Positions 28,429 through 41,879 of a stretch of 64,000 bases of DNA are shown here, one piece after another. Location: contig OZ024740.1 of NCBI GenBank assembly GCA_964016885.1, positions 440,820,001-440,884,000 on the forward strand, written 5' to 3'. Under the pieces are notes generated by a model, which saw nothing but the letters and a program-made list of their open reading frames with translations, ran no database searches and was not told where the DNA came from. Within the stretch, counting starts at the first letter, position 1. Every line of letters starts with the position of its first letter. Position numbers and translations under genes: made by a program. The stretch is from Eledone cirrhosa. Taxonomy: Eukaryota.

Positions 28429-28710
28429 TCTATATATCTAAAACAGAGAATGTCTGTCTGTCTGTCAGCTCACTAAAACTTGAGAACCATCCAACCGATT
28501 GTTTTCAAACTTTAGACATGTAATACTTATGGTCCTGTGAGTGTTTTGAGCAAAGATTATTTCAAATTTTCAATGCCCTAGGGACCGCATTAGGCGATTT
28601 AGCGTTCTCTCTATATAATTCTTAGTCTTTCTTTTTAGATAGATACATAGATATAACGTTGCGCCCTTATAATATCTGTCTGTATGTCTGGCTGTCTGCA
28701 TTACGTCATT
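28429..28710 (+). mobile_element. Helitron-like element 5' part, head-to-head with previous
   Basis: TCtatatatctaaaa..gtctgtctgtctgt; diverged inverted homology to 28108-28392. Confidence 0.65.
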
Positions 28711-29198
28711 ATGACACGCTCAGTGTGTGTGTGTATATATATATGTATCGTAATGCCGACAGCAAGACATAGCTTTCCTTCCCCTCTTCCAGCGTCTCTC
28801 TCTCCCTCCCGCTATCCCCCTCTTGTAGTCTGTCTCTTTCTTTCACTCTCACTCTCTCTCTAGACGTCGGACAGACAGACAGAGAAATTGCTGGTTATAT
28901 ATTATAAGGAGATAATAGATGTCGCTAGAATCCAGAACCTGATTTACAAATTTTCTGACAAACATGGCACTGGAACTGATTCTGTGTAACAAACTTTGTA
29001 TAGTCAACGTAGACTTCGACATCGTGTGCTCGTTGCTGTGACTACAAGCCTTCGAAAGGCACAACTTAGGGCACACAGGGATAACATGCATACACACATA
29101 GATAACATACATAAACAGATACATACACATAACATATATAAACACATAAATACTTACACACACACATATATACATACACAATATACATAAACACGTAC

Positions 29199-29231
<33 letters not shown>

Positions 29232-29372
29232 CACACATACATATATATATATATTAACATACATACATACACAAACATACATACATACAGATACATACAA
29301 AAGTTCAAATATGTAGCATATAAAACAAAAAAATCCTGGTTCTGTGTTTAAAAGATAAATAAATGTAATACA

Positions 29373-29454
29373 AAGCAGCGGCAGGATTTGAACCGACGCG
29401 GGTATTGCCCATTGGATTTCGAGCCCAACGCCTTAACCACTCGGCCACCACAAC
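29373..29454 (-). pseudogene. tRNA-Ser(CGA) pseudogene
   Basis: gttgtggtggccgagtggttaaggcgttgggctCGAaatccaatggg...ggttcaaatcctgcc; acceptor and T-stem mismatches. Confidence 0.8.
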
Positions 29455-29829
29455 AGTCACATTCAGCCATCTTTAAAGTAAACTTTAAAACTTCAGTATC
29501 AGGTGTCATGGTTCTCCAGTTAATATCAAAGATCCGACCAATGTACTTTTGGTGGAGCCTTTCAAGTATCTTGTGTGGTCCATGATTATCAACCATACAA
29601 CAAAACTGGAAACACACCTTTCCACTAATTTTCCAAATGAAGTACTTGACTTCTCTACTAAAACATATATTTCTGCATCTGAGCACCAGACCCTTGATAG
29701 AGTACTACCCTGATACACGAACACATCCACCACCACCAAACTAGTCACAATCACATAGATATCTAACACCACGTAAGGTTCTACTGGTGCTAGGGTGTAC
29801 ATCACCTTGGTCTTAGTTAAACTTACATA

Positions 29830-30320
29830 CATACATACATACATATATACATGGTGGCTGCCAACTCGTTTTCGAGTACGGCCACTACTTTATATCCATG
29901 TAGGAGAACCCCTACCGATGCGCTGAACGACTGAGACTTTTTAGTCCAGCCAGCGACTTGAAAACTCCGGTACAAACACTACACTTGTGACAATTATTGA
30001 CACATAGTGCAGGGCCCATGGTACCATGTGACGACAAATGCAGAGAGATCTCCAGATACAAAGCAATGCCTGTGCCGTGAAGCTTTTATAGTGAGCAAAT
30101 GCACTGCACAAAGCCAGTCCCACTCTCTTAACCAAGATGATATTTACCAAAAAGAAGAACAAGTCAACATCATTGGATACCATCAGGGTTGCAGGTGTTA
30201 TATCAGAGTCTTCCTTCTCCTAGAATTCTGCCTTGACAAAGGCTAAGGGGTCATCTCTCCCGTTGATTTTGGATGGCCATTGACTCTTAAGAGCTCCTTT
30301 GCCCTTTGACAGGTTTAGTT
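29830..30320 (-). pseudogene. RTE-like LINE 3' relic (paralog 52590-53080)
   Basis: C-terminal C2H2 motif CSVCTGVFKSLAGLKRH (clearest in the paralog), followed by an (ATGT)n tail. Confidence 0.5.
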
Positions 30321-30424
30321 TTTAGTCCTGCAGGATGTCCAAAGTCACCCTCCTCGCCAAGAAACCTTGGTGGGGTTGCCAGTTTAGTCGCCAACGACCC
30401 GACCTACATACATACATGCATACA

Positions 30425-33400
30425 GTCAACGCGATCAGTCGCATATTTTGGCGTGGGTGACTATTTATTAAATTTAAGATGAATACCATCTCCGACAGTA
30501 ATGCCACAACTACAGTCATGTTCAATAACTGGTTATCCTTCTAACTATATCTTCTGAAGACACCTTTTATTCGACTTCGTGGAGATATATCCGACTAAAT
30601 ACATAATTCATTTTACAAGGATTTGCTACAAACAGCATGGCTGAACACAACATCAACAACAAATTTAAGGAAGTACCGAAGACAAATAACAAGGAAGGTA
30701 AACAAACTTTATTCAGTTGTAGCTACAGAAGAAACCGAAATTATAAATCGCATTTCTCTTGGAGTTGCGAACTTAATAATGATTTATTTAATTGTTATAA
30801 AATGGCGAAAAACAATCCCTCCATTGGCTATATGAACAGAATGAAGCTACACTGGGACGAAATGCACCCAGAGCTAAATTATTTCACAGCAAAACAATTA
30901 CGCCAACAAGCGACGTTTGTTGAATGTAAAAATAAGATAAATATTATTAATTGTAAGTTCCCCACAACAAACATGTTATCAAATACACGTGCTACAGGTC
31001 ACCATGCTACTAGACTTCCTAGCAGCCAGGTCGAACAGCGCCTTGAAACAACTATGCCTGTAAAAATCTTGACACCACCTGTACCATCTAAGTCTACCTC
31101 AAATGCTGGGGAAAACACTATTGATAATAATAATAATCGAAGAAATTTGACACCACGTGTACCATCCGAGTCTACCTCGACTGTTGTGGAAAATACTATC
31201 GATAATGATAATCAAAAGTATAGACAATTGAAAATTTCCCTCAACGAAATCTTCCAGAGAGAAATTATTTCATGTATAAATATCTCTCTTGCTGAACGTA
31301 TTAAAACTACAATGTTTAATAAAAAACCAAATAATGAAATATTACGTGTTATTGACGAAATAGGGGATGAATATTTACGATGGATAAAAAACCCAACATT
31401 TTGGCAAATCAACGCCTGTTTATATACCCTAGCAACGACAGTGAAGCATTATCTTGGTGATAGCAGAGATATTAACAAGAACAGAACACCACCAAAAATA
31501 CCATCATATATAACTAAAATAGAAAAAAAGATTGCTGACATACGAAAAAACATAGGATATGTAACAATGCTCCTTACATGCAAACAAACACAAAAAAAAC
31601 CTCACTCCTCACCAACAAAGAGTGAAAAATAAAATAGAGACGATGTTTGGTAACAGTAGAAGCAGAACTCTCCAATATAAGCTGATCACCCTCAAACAAG
31701 AATTGAGAGCTGTCAGCGAAAAACGCCGATACCTGAAGAAGGTAGATGAGAGAAAAGTGCTTAATAAAAGATTCAGACGAAACCAAAAATCAGTCTATAG
31801 AGATATGAAGGGCAAAATAATAAGTGTCACTGAGGCCCCATCCCAGAAAGACATAGATTCCTTTTGGAGCAAAATATGGGGTGAAAAGAAGAATTTCAAC
31901 CAAGATGCAGTGTGGCTAAGAGAAATCCGAAAGAACTATTGCTCCTACACTACAACGAAAACATGCGAAATAAGTGAGGGTACCCTTGAAACTGTGATAG
32001 GAAAACTCCAAGATAAGAAAACACCAGGAAGAGACATGATTGTCGGCTACTGGTACAAAAAACTGATATTCTATCGGAGGTATCTTACTGACCTCTACCA
32101 ACAAAAAACTACCGACCCATTGCATGCCAGAACCTGATGTATAAGATGTATACAGCCTGCCTGAACCTATTCCTCCAAGATCACTGTGAAAATAATAACA
32201 TCATCACAGATGAACAAGCAGCTGGAAAGAAAGGGGTTTGGGATGTGCTGAACAACTCCTAATCAACAAAACTGCGATGTCGGAGGTGCGACAATTTAGG
32301 AGGAATATGGCTACAGTCTGGCTGGACTACAGGAAAGTGATCGATTCTGTTCCCCACTCTTGGATGATAGAGGCCCTCCAACTTGCTAAAGTCCCAGACA
32401 TTATTGTCAGAGCCATAGAGAGGCTGTCTTCTTCTTGGGCTACTATCCTAAGGTTAAAGACAGAGAGGGGGGACTCTATTTTCACTGATAAAATAAAATA
32501 TTGCAGGGGTATATTTCAAGGGGACAGTCTCTCTGTGATATAATTCATCTTGTCATTAAACCCCTTGTGCTTTCTGCTCAAGAAATGTGAGGGATACATC
32601 ATTGGCTCACAGGAGGACAGAAATACGAACCTAACCCATAATTTCTTTGTGAACGATCTGAAACTCTATGCCAAGAACATGGATGGGATGAAGAAAAATC
32701 TTGACCTGGTTATAACGTTTTCAAAGGATATAGGAATGGAGTTTGGCTAAGATAAATGCTCATACATGACTGTAAAGCGGGGGAAAACAACAACCCAATC
32801 TAGCAACATTGTCATCAATGGCCTAACTGTTTCACTGATATCTGATGAGGACTGCTACAGATACCTGGGGATAGATGAGAACATATCCTATAATGGTATC
32901 TGTAATAAAGAACGCGTAACCAGGGAATACTACACCCGATTAAGAAAGATCTGGTCATCGGAACTCTCTGCGCAAAACAAAACAGTGGCTCACAATGTGT
33001 TTGCTGTGCCTGTCCTATCAACAACGTTTGGAATACTCAATTGGGCGATAGACGAAATCCGAGCAGTTGATGTTGGAACTCGAAAAATACTATACAACAC
33101 CGGAAACTTCCACATCAACAGTGACATAGACCGCCTTTACTTGAAACGTAAGCAGGGAGGCAGAGGCCTAACATCAGTCCAGACAACATTTGAATGTCGC
33201 ATCATGTCGCTCCGACATCTACGAACGTCGAAGCGTAGGAGCCCGTTTCTCGAGCAAGTCTATCTGCATGAAACAGATAAGACCATGAGAGTTGGGAAGG
33301 AACTCCTTGAGAGATATTCCGTGTGATAATCAAAAACTCACGCCCAGGGATGTCGCTCAGCAGTATCGCAGTGAATCCATGGATGAAAAACTACATGGTT

Positions 33401-34444
33401 ATCAGCAAAAAATCATGCATGGATATGTTGCCAGGAAGCTCCAGAGTGAGAGTAATATAGATAAGGAAAGTAGTCTATCTTGGACCAACAACCGCTATAT
33501 TGGCTCCCACTTTGAAGGATACGCTTTTGCAATCCAAGAACAGGAGATTAACACGAAATACCTGATTCACAAAAGAGATAGGGATGCAGGCAAAACACCT
33601 AGATGTGATAACAAGTGCAGACTCTGCAGAACTAACATCGAGGATATCACCCATGTCATCAGCAGGTGTCCAAAGATGTGATCGCGGTACTATCTACCTA
33701 TGAGGCATGATGTAGTGGCCAAAACACTGTACAATGCAGTTCGTAAAAAATATAGCCCCGATAATAAACACATTAAAAGCTACAGCAATGTGGAAGACAT
33801 CCATGTACATAATATGAAAGAGTACTGGTCGAATGTTCCAGTAAAAACCCCAATAAAATGCAGGCATAACAGACCAGATATTATATGGGACAAGAAGAAA
33901 GCATGCACAGTAGTGGAAATTAGCTGCCCAGCAGATGCCAATATAATATCAAAGATTAGCGAAAAGAAGAATATTTATGTAGAACTGATGAGAAATCTGC
34001 AGATACTCCACCCTGATTACACCTTCAGATTTATGCATGTGATTATTCGGGCACTGGGATATGTTAGCAACTGCCTCAATACAAATCTTGAGAAGCTAGG
34101 CATCACAGGAACAGAAAGAACACAACTAGTTAGGAAATTACAAGTACAATCTATTAATGGAGCAGTAAAAATATGTAAAACATTCCAAAAATGTTGCATC
34201 TAGTAACTGCATATACACATCTACAGATACAAAGCATATACACATGTTCACATACAACTCAAAACATCCTCATCCACACATACAATAACATCCATATCTA
34301 CACATCCATGCATGCAGATATGCATACATATCTACCTAGTTGATGTTATGTAAATTCAAATGAGAGAGTCTTGTGTCTATGTTAGAAACCGAATCTCTCT
34401 CTCTCTATTGGCAAAAATTTGTGAAATTATAAAACCAGAAGAAC
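30425..34444 (+). mobile_element. Near full-length R4/Dong-like RLE non-LTR retrotransposon, frameshifted
   Basis: ORF pieces 30637-34203: KTPGRD, WLDYRK..DSVPH, GIFQGDSLS, FVNDLKLY, YRYLG, CRLC..HVISRC, RHD, RPD..EIS. (TACA)n at both ends. Confidence 0.9.
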
Positions 34445-34461
34445 ATACATACATACATACA

Positions 34462-34490
<29 letters not shown>

Positions 34491-34492
<2 letters not shown>

Positions 34493-36232
34493 CAGACAAG
34501 CTATCAGGGTGATAGCTTGTCAGTGCTACTCTTCGTTCTCTCACTGAATCCACTATCTTACCTACTCAGGAAACAAGGTGGACAAAGAAGTGGGCCCAGA
34601 AGTATCTCCCATCTTTTCTTTGTTGATGACCTGAAGTTGTATGGGCCAAATATCAATGACATCAAGAAACAATTGGACCTCATTACACAATTTTCAACCG
34701 ACATCAAAATGAAATTTGGTGAGTCCAAGTGTGCATATTTGGCAGTAAAACGTGGAAGAGCTGTGCCCTCCTCTAGAAATCTAGAGATGAACGGCCTGAC
34801 AATACAACCTTTGCAGTCAGGTGACAACTACAGATATCTTGGACAGGATGAGAATGTCAGATATGATGGACCCATAAATAAGGAGAGAACCAGAACTGAA
34901 TACCTCAGAAGAGTAAAGAAAATATGGTCATCAGAACTGTCAGCATACAACAAATACATTGCGCACAATACTTATGCTGTGCCAATTCTAACGCCAACAT
35001 TTGGCCTACTGAACTGGTCATTGCAAGAACTAAGTGAGATGGATGTTAGAACTCGAAAACTTCTCAGTGTTATTGGGAACTTTAACATCAATGGTGATGT
35101 GGATAGGCTATACTTCTCACGCAAGGAAGGTGGCCGGGGTCTAAAATCAATATTAACAACATATGAGACCCGGATAGTAACACTGAAGCAACACCTTCAA
35201 CAGAGGAAAAAGGTTGGCAACCATCTTGCCCACGTTTATGACCATGAAAAAAGAAATATCATTAGAATAGCGACTGATCTGGAGGAGAAATATGGAATAA
35301 AGCCTGATATAAATCTCTCACCCAGAGAAATCGGAAGATCCTATTCAATGTTCAAACAAGATAAAAAAATTGACCAATTTACAGAAAAAGTTGTGCATGG
35401 ATACTTGAGGCGTAAAACACAGACCATAGAGGGGATAAACCACTCAAAAAGCCTGGCATGGAGTTCCGACAAGTTTATGACATCACACCTTGAGGGATAT
35501 CTCTATGCAATACAGGAACAAGAACTCCCTACCAAATATATGCTGCACAAAAGAGGAGGGCCAGCAGCTGACAATAAATGTAGGCTATGTAAAACAAAGA
35601 TCGAGGATGTAAGCCACATTGTTGCCAGCTGCGAAAGAATGTCATCTCGCTACTATCTCCCCATGAGACACGATGGGATAGCTAGAACCATCTGGAACGC
35701 ACTTCGGAAAACAAAATTAACAACAAACGAGGAAGAATATATTGAGACAGATGGCACTAAGGAATACTGGTGGAACCTGAAAATAAAAACTGCCACCAAA
35801 TTAAAGCACAACCGGCCTGATATTGTAGTTTGGGACCACACATTGAAAACGTGTTCTGTTGTGGAGATCAGCTGCCCACTTGATGTAAACGTTGTCAGAA
35901 AAATACAGGAAAAGGAGGACATCTACGGACCATTGATGAGGAGTTTACAAATCCAGTATCCAAGATACACCTTTAGCTTCATACCCATCATTATTGGTGC
36001 TACGGGTTATATACCAACCCGCTTGGACCAAAGTATGACTGAACTTGGATTTGCGGACAAAAAGCGCAGCTCCCTAATTCATAGTCTACAAATGGCTGCG
36101 ATAGCTGGCACCTTCAAAATTTGCAAAACATTCTTGCGATTCAAGGGATGACAATTTCTTTTCTTTTACAACCTTGCCACCAGGAAGGTGGCCGGTCAAA
36201 AAAATATACTCGAAATTAAGAGAAAGAGAAAA
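34491..36232 (+). mobile_element. Second R4/Dong-like family, 5'-truncated, in (TACA)n
   Basis: Starts at YQGDSLS; ends gagaaagagaaaa-(catA)n. Confidence 0.9.
34517..36151 (+). CDS. Open RT C-half + CCHC + PD-(D/E)xK restriction-like endonuclease (544 aa)
   Basis: FVDDLKLY, YRYLG, GGRGL, CRLC..HIVASC, RHD, RPDIV..VEISCP, PIIIGATG. Confidence 0.9.
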   Translation: MSVLLFVLSLNPLSYLLRKQGGQRSGPRSISHLFFVDDLKLYGPNINDIKKQLDLITQFSTDIKMKFGESKCAYLAVKRGRAVPSSRNLEMNGLTIQPLQSGDNYRYLGQDENVRYDGPINKERTRTEYLRRVKKIWSSELSAYNKYIAHNTYAVPILTPTFGLLNWSLQELSEMDVRTRKLLSVIGNFNINGDVDRLYFSRKEGGRGLKSILTTYETRIVTLKQHLQQRKKVGNHLAHVYDHEKRNIIRIATDLEEKYGIKPDINLSPREIGRSYSMFKQDKKIDQFTEKVVHGYLRRKTQTIEGINHSKSLAWSSDKFMTSHLEGYLYAIQEQELPTKYMLHKRGGPAADNKCRLCKTKIEDVSHIVASCERMSSRYYLPMRHDGIARTIWNALRKTKLTTNEEEYIETDGTKEYWWNLKIKTATKLKHNRPDIVVWDHTLKTCSVVEISCPLDVNVVRKIQEKEDIYGPLMRSLQIQYPRYTFSFIPIIIGATGYIPTRLDQSMTELGFADKKRSSLIHSLQMAAIAGTFKICKTFLRFKG

Positions 36233-36524
36233 CATACATACATACATACATACATACATACATACATACATACATACATACATACATACATACAGTGGCG
36301 GAGTGGGTCTAAAAATATTGATTGCCAATAGATGAAGTGGGCCCACCTACATATAGAACGCTATCATTTAATTTCTATAATGAATAAAAAACATTTTCGA
36401 AAAATACATAAGCAGAAACAAAACAGTGCAATCAATTTTTTGCGGAAAAATATCTCACCTTCTCCAATAGAAAATATGTATTTTGCAAAATCAAGAGACT
36501 TTTAATAATGACCAGAAGTCGACC

Positions 36525-37350
36525 CTAAATCTAAACTATAATGACGCAAGGGCTGTGGGACTGCGTACGGTTTATTTCTTTTAATCCCGTTAGTAAAATG
36601 AGTTGGATTACTTTGAATAAATAATGAATGAATATTACATAATTTATGTACTAAATTTCGTAAACGAATAATTTCGTAAAAATAAATAATTTAAAATTGA
36701 CTTCTTTTCAAAGTTGCACTTCCTGTATATCATCGCCACCACCACCACTTCAACTATCAGATACATAGAAAGAGAGAGTGTGTGATGAGAGATATAGAGA
36801 TATTATGATTTTCTATACACTGACGCGTATGAGTGTTCACATACATACATCTATATGAACGAGTATATAACTATTATGAGTATATCTAAACTATAATAAA
36901 GGAAGGTCTGCGGGACTGCTACGGTTTATTTCTTTTAATCCAGTTAGTAAAATAAGTTGGATTACTTTGAATAAATAATTGTTTCTACTTTAGGCACACG
37001 GCCAGCAAATACCCAGTGCATTACTGGTACTTTATTTTATCGACCCTGTAAGGATGAAAGGCAAAGTTAACCTCGGCGGGATTTGAACTCATTTGAACTC
37101 ATTACTTTGAATAAATAATGAATGAATATTACATAATTTATGTACTAAATTTCGTAAACAAATAATTTCGTAAAAATAATGTCAAATACTTCTTTTCAAA
37201 GTTGCACTTCCGGTATATCGTCGCCACCACCACCACTTCAACTACCATATACATAGAAAGAGAGAGTGTGTGGTAAGAGATATAGAGAGATTATGATTTT
37301 CTACACCTGACGTGTATGAGTATATAACTATTATGAGTATATAACTATAA
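36525..37350. repeat. Tandem ~350-bp duplication; second copy carries a 5'-truncated SINE (36980-37100, -) with 19-bp TSD
   Basis: ctaaactataat..ggtttatttcttttaatc recurs at 36529 and 36886; attactttgaataaataat at 36961 and 37101. Confidence 0.8.
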
Positions 37351-37899
37351 TCGCGCAAACACAAACTTATAAAAATACACTCACACAGACATAATTCACA
37401 CAAATAAACATACATTCACACAAATATACATACTTTCACACAAATATACATACTTTCACACAAATATACATACTTTCACACAAATATACATACTTTCACA
37501 CAAATATACATACTTTCACACATACTTTCACACAAGCATACATACATTCACACATATACATTTACACAAACATACATACATTCACACAAACATACATACA
37601 TTCACACATATACATTTACACAAACACACACATACAGTCATGATAGCGTTCGGTGAAGTGGAAATGGGAGGGTAAAACAAGTATAACGTTTTATTTATTA
37701 ACTCTTTTTTTTTTTAACTCATTTAATATAATGGTTACAGAACGAAAACACTAACACATATAATATATAGAAAGGAAAGGGAAACTGGCCCCACGACCCT
37801 CTCAGAAATAAGTGGCTGAAGAAGATATTGTCAATTTACTTTTCAATTTGCATATATCTATATGCAATGTGTGAACGCATATATATTTAAGTCCGTGTA

Positions 37900-38401
37900 T
37901 ATGACCTAGAATATGGCATCCAAGCATCAAACCCATATCTCATCCGGGATATCTATCACTTAGAGAGAGTTCAACGACTAGCGACTCGAATGGTACAGGG
38001 TCTTCATGAGCTGCCCTACGAAAGCCGGCTGTAGAAGCTGAACCTCTTCTCCTTGGAGCGTCGACGGTTAAGAGGCGATCTCATTTTGGCCATTACGATC
38101 TCCCTCAATATCTCCTATTCACTCCGGCACTTGAAAGGGGTTTAGGTGGACATGACAAAAAGCTGTTTCACCGCCGCTTTCGCCTGAATAGACGGAAAGC
38201 TGCTTTCTCGATCCGCATCTCTGGACCCTGGAATCAGCTTCCAGAAGAAGTAGTCAACGCGTGAACCATACAACAATTCAAGGCGAGATTGGACCGGTGT
38301 TGGACCACTGTGTTTCCGACTGTGTAAATGTTGCCCCCATCCCCTCTTTACATGGCATCTGAAGCATCGATGTTTTATTTTCTGCCAAATATATTGAATT
38401 G

Positions 38402-38409
<8 letters not shown>
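37900..38409 (+). pseudogene. CR1-clade LINE 3' fragment
   Basis: LERVQRLATRMV..LPYESRL*KLNLFSLERRRLRGDLI...WNQLPEEVV; (attga)n tail. Confidence 0.85.
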
Positions 38410-38436
<27 letters not shown>

Positions 38437-38440
<4 letters not shown>

Positions 38441-38452
38441 GTTTAACAGCCC

Positions 38453-38501
<49 letters not shown>

Positions 38502-38815
38502 GTAAGAATATTTTCGAAACAGCGAGTGGGTTTGAAATTATTAGAAATGTAAGCTATCGCCGTATTTTGACTAAAGAAATTAAAGAAATTATTTAGCCTG
38601 ATAGTGGGGTTAAGAACCCTTGGAGAAATGGAAAAAGATGAGTATTGACGTACATGGGCGTCAATACTCATCTTTTTCCATTTCTCCGAGGGTTCTTAAC
38701 CCCACTATCAGGCTAAATAATTTCTTTAATTTCTTTAGTCAAAATACGGCGATAGCTTACATTTCTAATAATTTCAAACCCACTCGCTGTTTCGAAAATA
38801 TTCTTACCTGATATA

Positions 38816-38868
<53 letters not shown>

Positions 38869-38884
38869 GGGCTGTTAAACTGCA
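38437..38884. repeat. Near-perfect palindrome with 8-nt spacer
   Basis: 38437-38650 is inverted to 38659-38884; spacer tacatggg. Confidence 0.95.
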
Positions 38885-39144
38885 TATATATATATATGTA
38901 TGTATATGGGCTGTTAAACTGCACATTTCTGTGGCGAAACGAACTAGATTCGTATCAGCAAGCTTATAGTTATAAGGTTGGTAATTTAAAACTCTACTTC
39001 AGAGATTTGATTCTGACTTAGTTTTTTTCTATTTAATTGCTAACCTGTAGATATTGTTCTGTATACAGTAACGGTTAAACTCACTTGTAATAATTCTTTA
39101 CACACATCTCACTGTGTAACACACTTCTATTTGTGTAATATATT

Positions 39145-39205
<61 letters not shown>

Positions 39206-39871
39206 TACCCACCATTACTAATAAATAATAGAATAGAAAGGGCTAAAGCAATAGGCATTGATGAATTACGAAAACAGAAACAAATTCAAGGTACGTCCAA
39301 ATATTCTATCATATATCTCAACACACAACCCAAGAAATGCGGAAGCTTACAACACTATTCACAAGACATCCCACTACTGAAACAAGACCCAAGAATGAAA
39401 AAAGCCCTTGAAACACACAAAATAATCAAAAGTAAAAGACAACCGAAATCACTGAAAACATCACTCACTAATGCCAAATTACCTACCACAAACCCACAAC
39501 CAACTGTCAAAAAAATTTGGTCGCTCTAATTGTGGAACCTGCAATCACCTCATTGAAGGCAACACGTATACATTTAAATCAGGACAAAATTTTGCTGTAA
39601 AAAATCACTTAACTTGCTCATCAAAAAATCTACTTTATGCCATTAAATGTAAAGGATGCAAAGAAGATTATATAGGACAAACTAAACTCACACTCAGAAA
39701 CAGAATGACAGTTCATCGCCAACAATTACGAGATCCAACCACGAGACAGATACCACTAAGCGCATATCTAGACATATGCGCAAGTAATAAGGCACCCAAA
39801 TTTCAAGTCTTCCCATTTTACCTTTGCGCTGACAATACAACAGAACAAATACGAATAAATAAGGAAAATAT

Positions 39872-40907
39872 ATAAGTATGTACACGTACATACATATATG
39901 TATACAGACGTACAGTAGTATGTATATATATATATGTGTGCATGTATGTATATATATATACATATTACTGTACGTCTGTATACATATATGTATGTACGTG
40001 TGCATACTTATATTTAAGTAACAGCCGTACTAAGAGTGAGAAAGGAAATTTCGTTTCATTTTTCGTTTATCGTTTTCGGTGCACCCGGCCGATTAACCCA
40101 CTCGATATGCAAATTGGGCTACTCAGCCGTTAATATGCATAAGGTAAGTATATACGTTCAACAATCTGGCAGGAAGACATACGTTGCTGACGATAGCTAA
40201 TAAGCTTGAAACTAGTACAGCGTTCCCTTGTCAGTGTTGAACAAACGAGCAACGATGGTTGCTGGACACTACGGCTTAATACGGGATGTTTGTTTACAAA
40301 CACACCGAGCATTATAATAAATTTCGGTGAATCCATACGTGCATATATATATATGTGTGCATGTATGTATATATATATACATACTACTGTATGTCTGTAT
40401 ACATATATGTATGTACGTGTACATACTTATATTTAAATAACAGCCGTACTAAGAATGGGAAATGAAATTTCGTTTCATTTTTTCTGTTTATCGTTTTCGG
40501 TGCACCCGGCCGATTAACCCACTCGATATGCAAATTGGGCTACTCAGTCGTTAATATGCATAAGGTAAGTATATACGTCCAACAATCTGGCAGGGAGGTA
40601 TACGTTGCTGACGATAGCTAATAAGCTTTAAACTAGTACAGCGTTCCTTTGTCAGTGTTGAACAAACGAGCAACGATGGTTGCTGGAGACTACGGCTTAA
40701 TACGGGATGTTTGTTTACAAACACCCCGAGGATTATAATGAATTTTCGGTGAATCCATACGTGCATATATATATGTGTGCATGTATGTATATATGTATAA
40801 TACTACTGTACGTCTGTATACATATATGTATGTACGTGTACATACTTATATTTAAGTAACAGCCGTACTAAGAGTGGGAAATGAAATTTCGTTTCATTTT
40901 TTCCGTT
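39872..40907 (+). mobile_element. Family C retrozyme-like tandem (421-bp unit, ~2.3 copies) with 5' inversion and TSD
   Basis: Period 421; one hammerhead per unit; taaggaaaatat at 39860-39871 and 40908-40919. Confidence 0.85.
40182..40222 (+). ncRNA. Minimal hammerhead ribozyme (intact)
   Basis: cgttg-CTGACGA-tagct aata agctt-GAAAC-ta-GTA-cagcg; the copy at 40603-40643 has GAAA>TAAA. Confidence 0.82.
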
Positions 40908-41161
40908 TAAGGAAAATATGTTTATTCAAAAATATAGACCAGCATTAAATATGGTTTAATATACATTATGTCAACACCATAACATGCTAACCATCCAAAC
41001 AGACACATACACACACACACACATAACACCTTCTACTTTAGAAAATAAAAACCCGAACTAAATAAACCTTAACATACGTTTGCACTGACAATACAACAGA
41101 ACAAATACGAATAAGGAAAATATGTTCATTCAAAAATATTTCTACTCACGGAATCATTTTC

Positions 41162-41200
<39 letters not shown>

Positions 41201-41879
41201 ATATATATATATATATATATATTCTCTTCATCTTAACATGCTAACCATACTCCCACACACACATAACCCCCCCCACCACCACCACCACAGACACACACAA
41301 CTCCCTCCCCCATTTTTACTAATAGAATCATCTTCCTACACACACACACACACACAAGCACACAAATAAACATAAATATCTTTACTTTCTTTATTTCAAT
41401 AGAAAATCTGAATTCTGACACCCCCAGCGAACCAACCGTATTCACTGAACCAGAGCAATTCTCCCATCCCATGTCTCTTGACCATTATCTTTTGCTTGTC
41501 ATAAAATTCTCTAAAAGGCTACAAAATAAATTCCCAAATACGGGCGAGAATTTTAATGAACTTGTTCACGTGACAGTAATAATTTCATTTATAACCAATC
41601 AAATTATATTTATTAAAAAAAGCCTTCGTGAGCCCCTTTTTTTTAAGTAAAAAGAAATTCAAACACTCATATATGAAAAAGCAACCTGAGCCCCCCCCCC
41701 CCTGTTTGAATAACTTTGTAACGCGAACTGGCGCGAAATTTATTATACTTATTGACCAAATAATCAAATTACTTCTCTAAAAACCTGGCGTTTCGAGTCA
41801 CATTTTTCCATATAAAACAAGTAACATTCAAAGACCAACCAGATGTGAGGAAAACCTCAGACCCCCCATCTCAACTCTA

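Noticed and set aside
29348-30246. Conserved ORFs shared with 52108-53007
   Set aside because: Identity is due to recent duplication; they overlap a tRNA pseudogene and LINE relics
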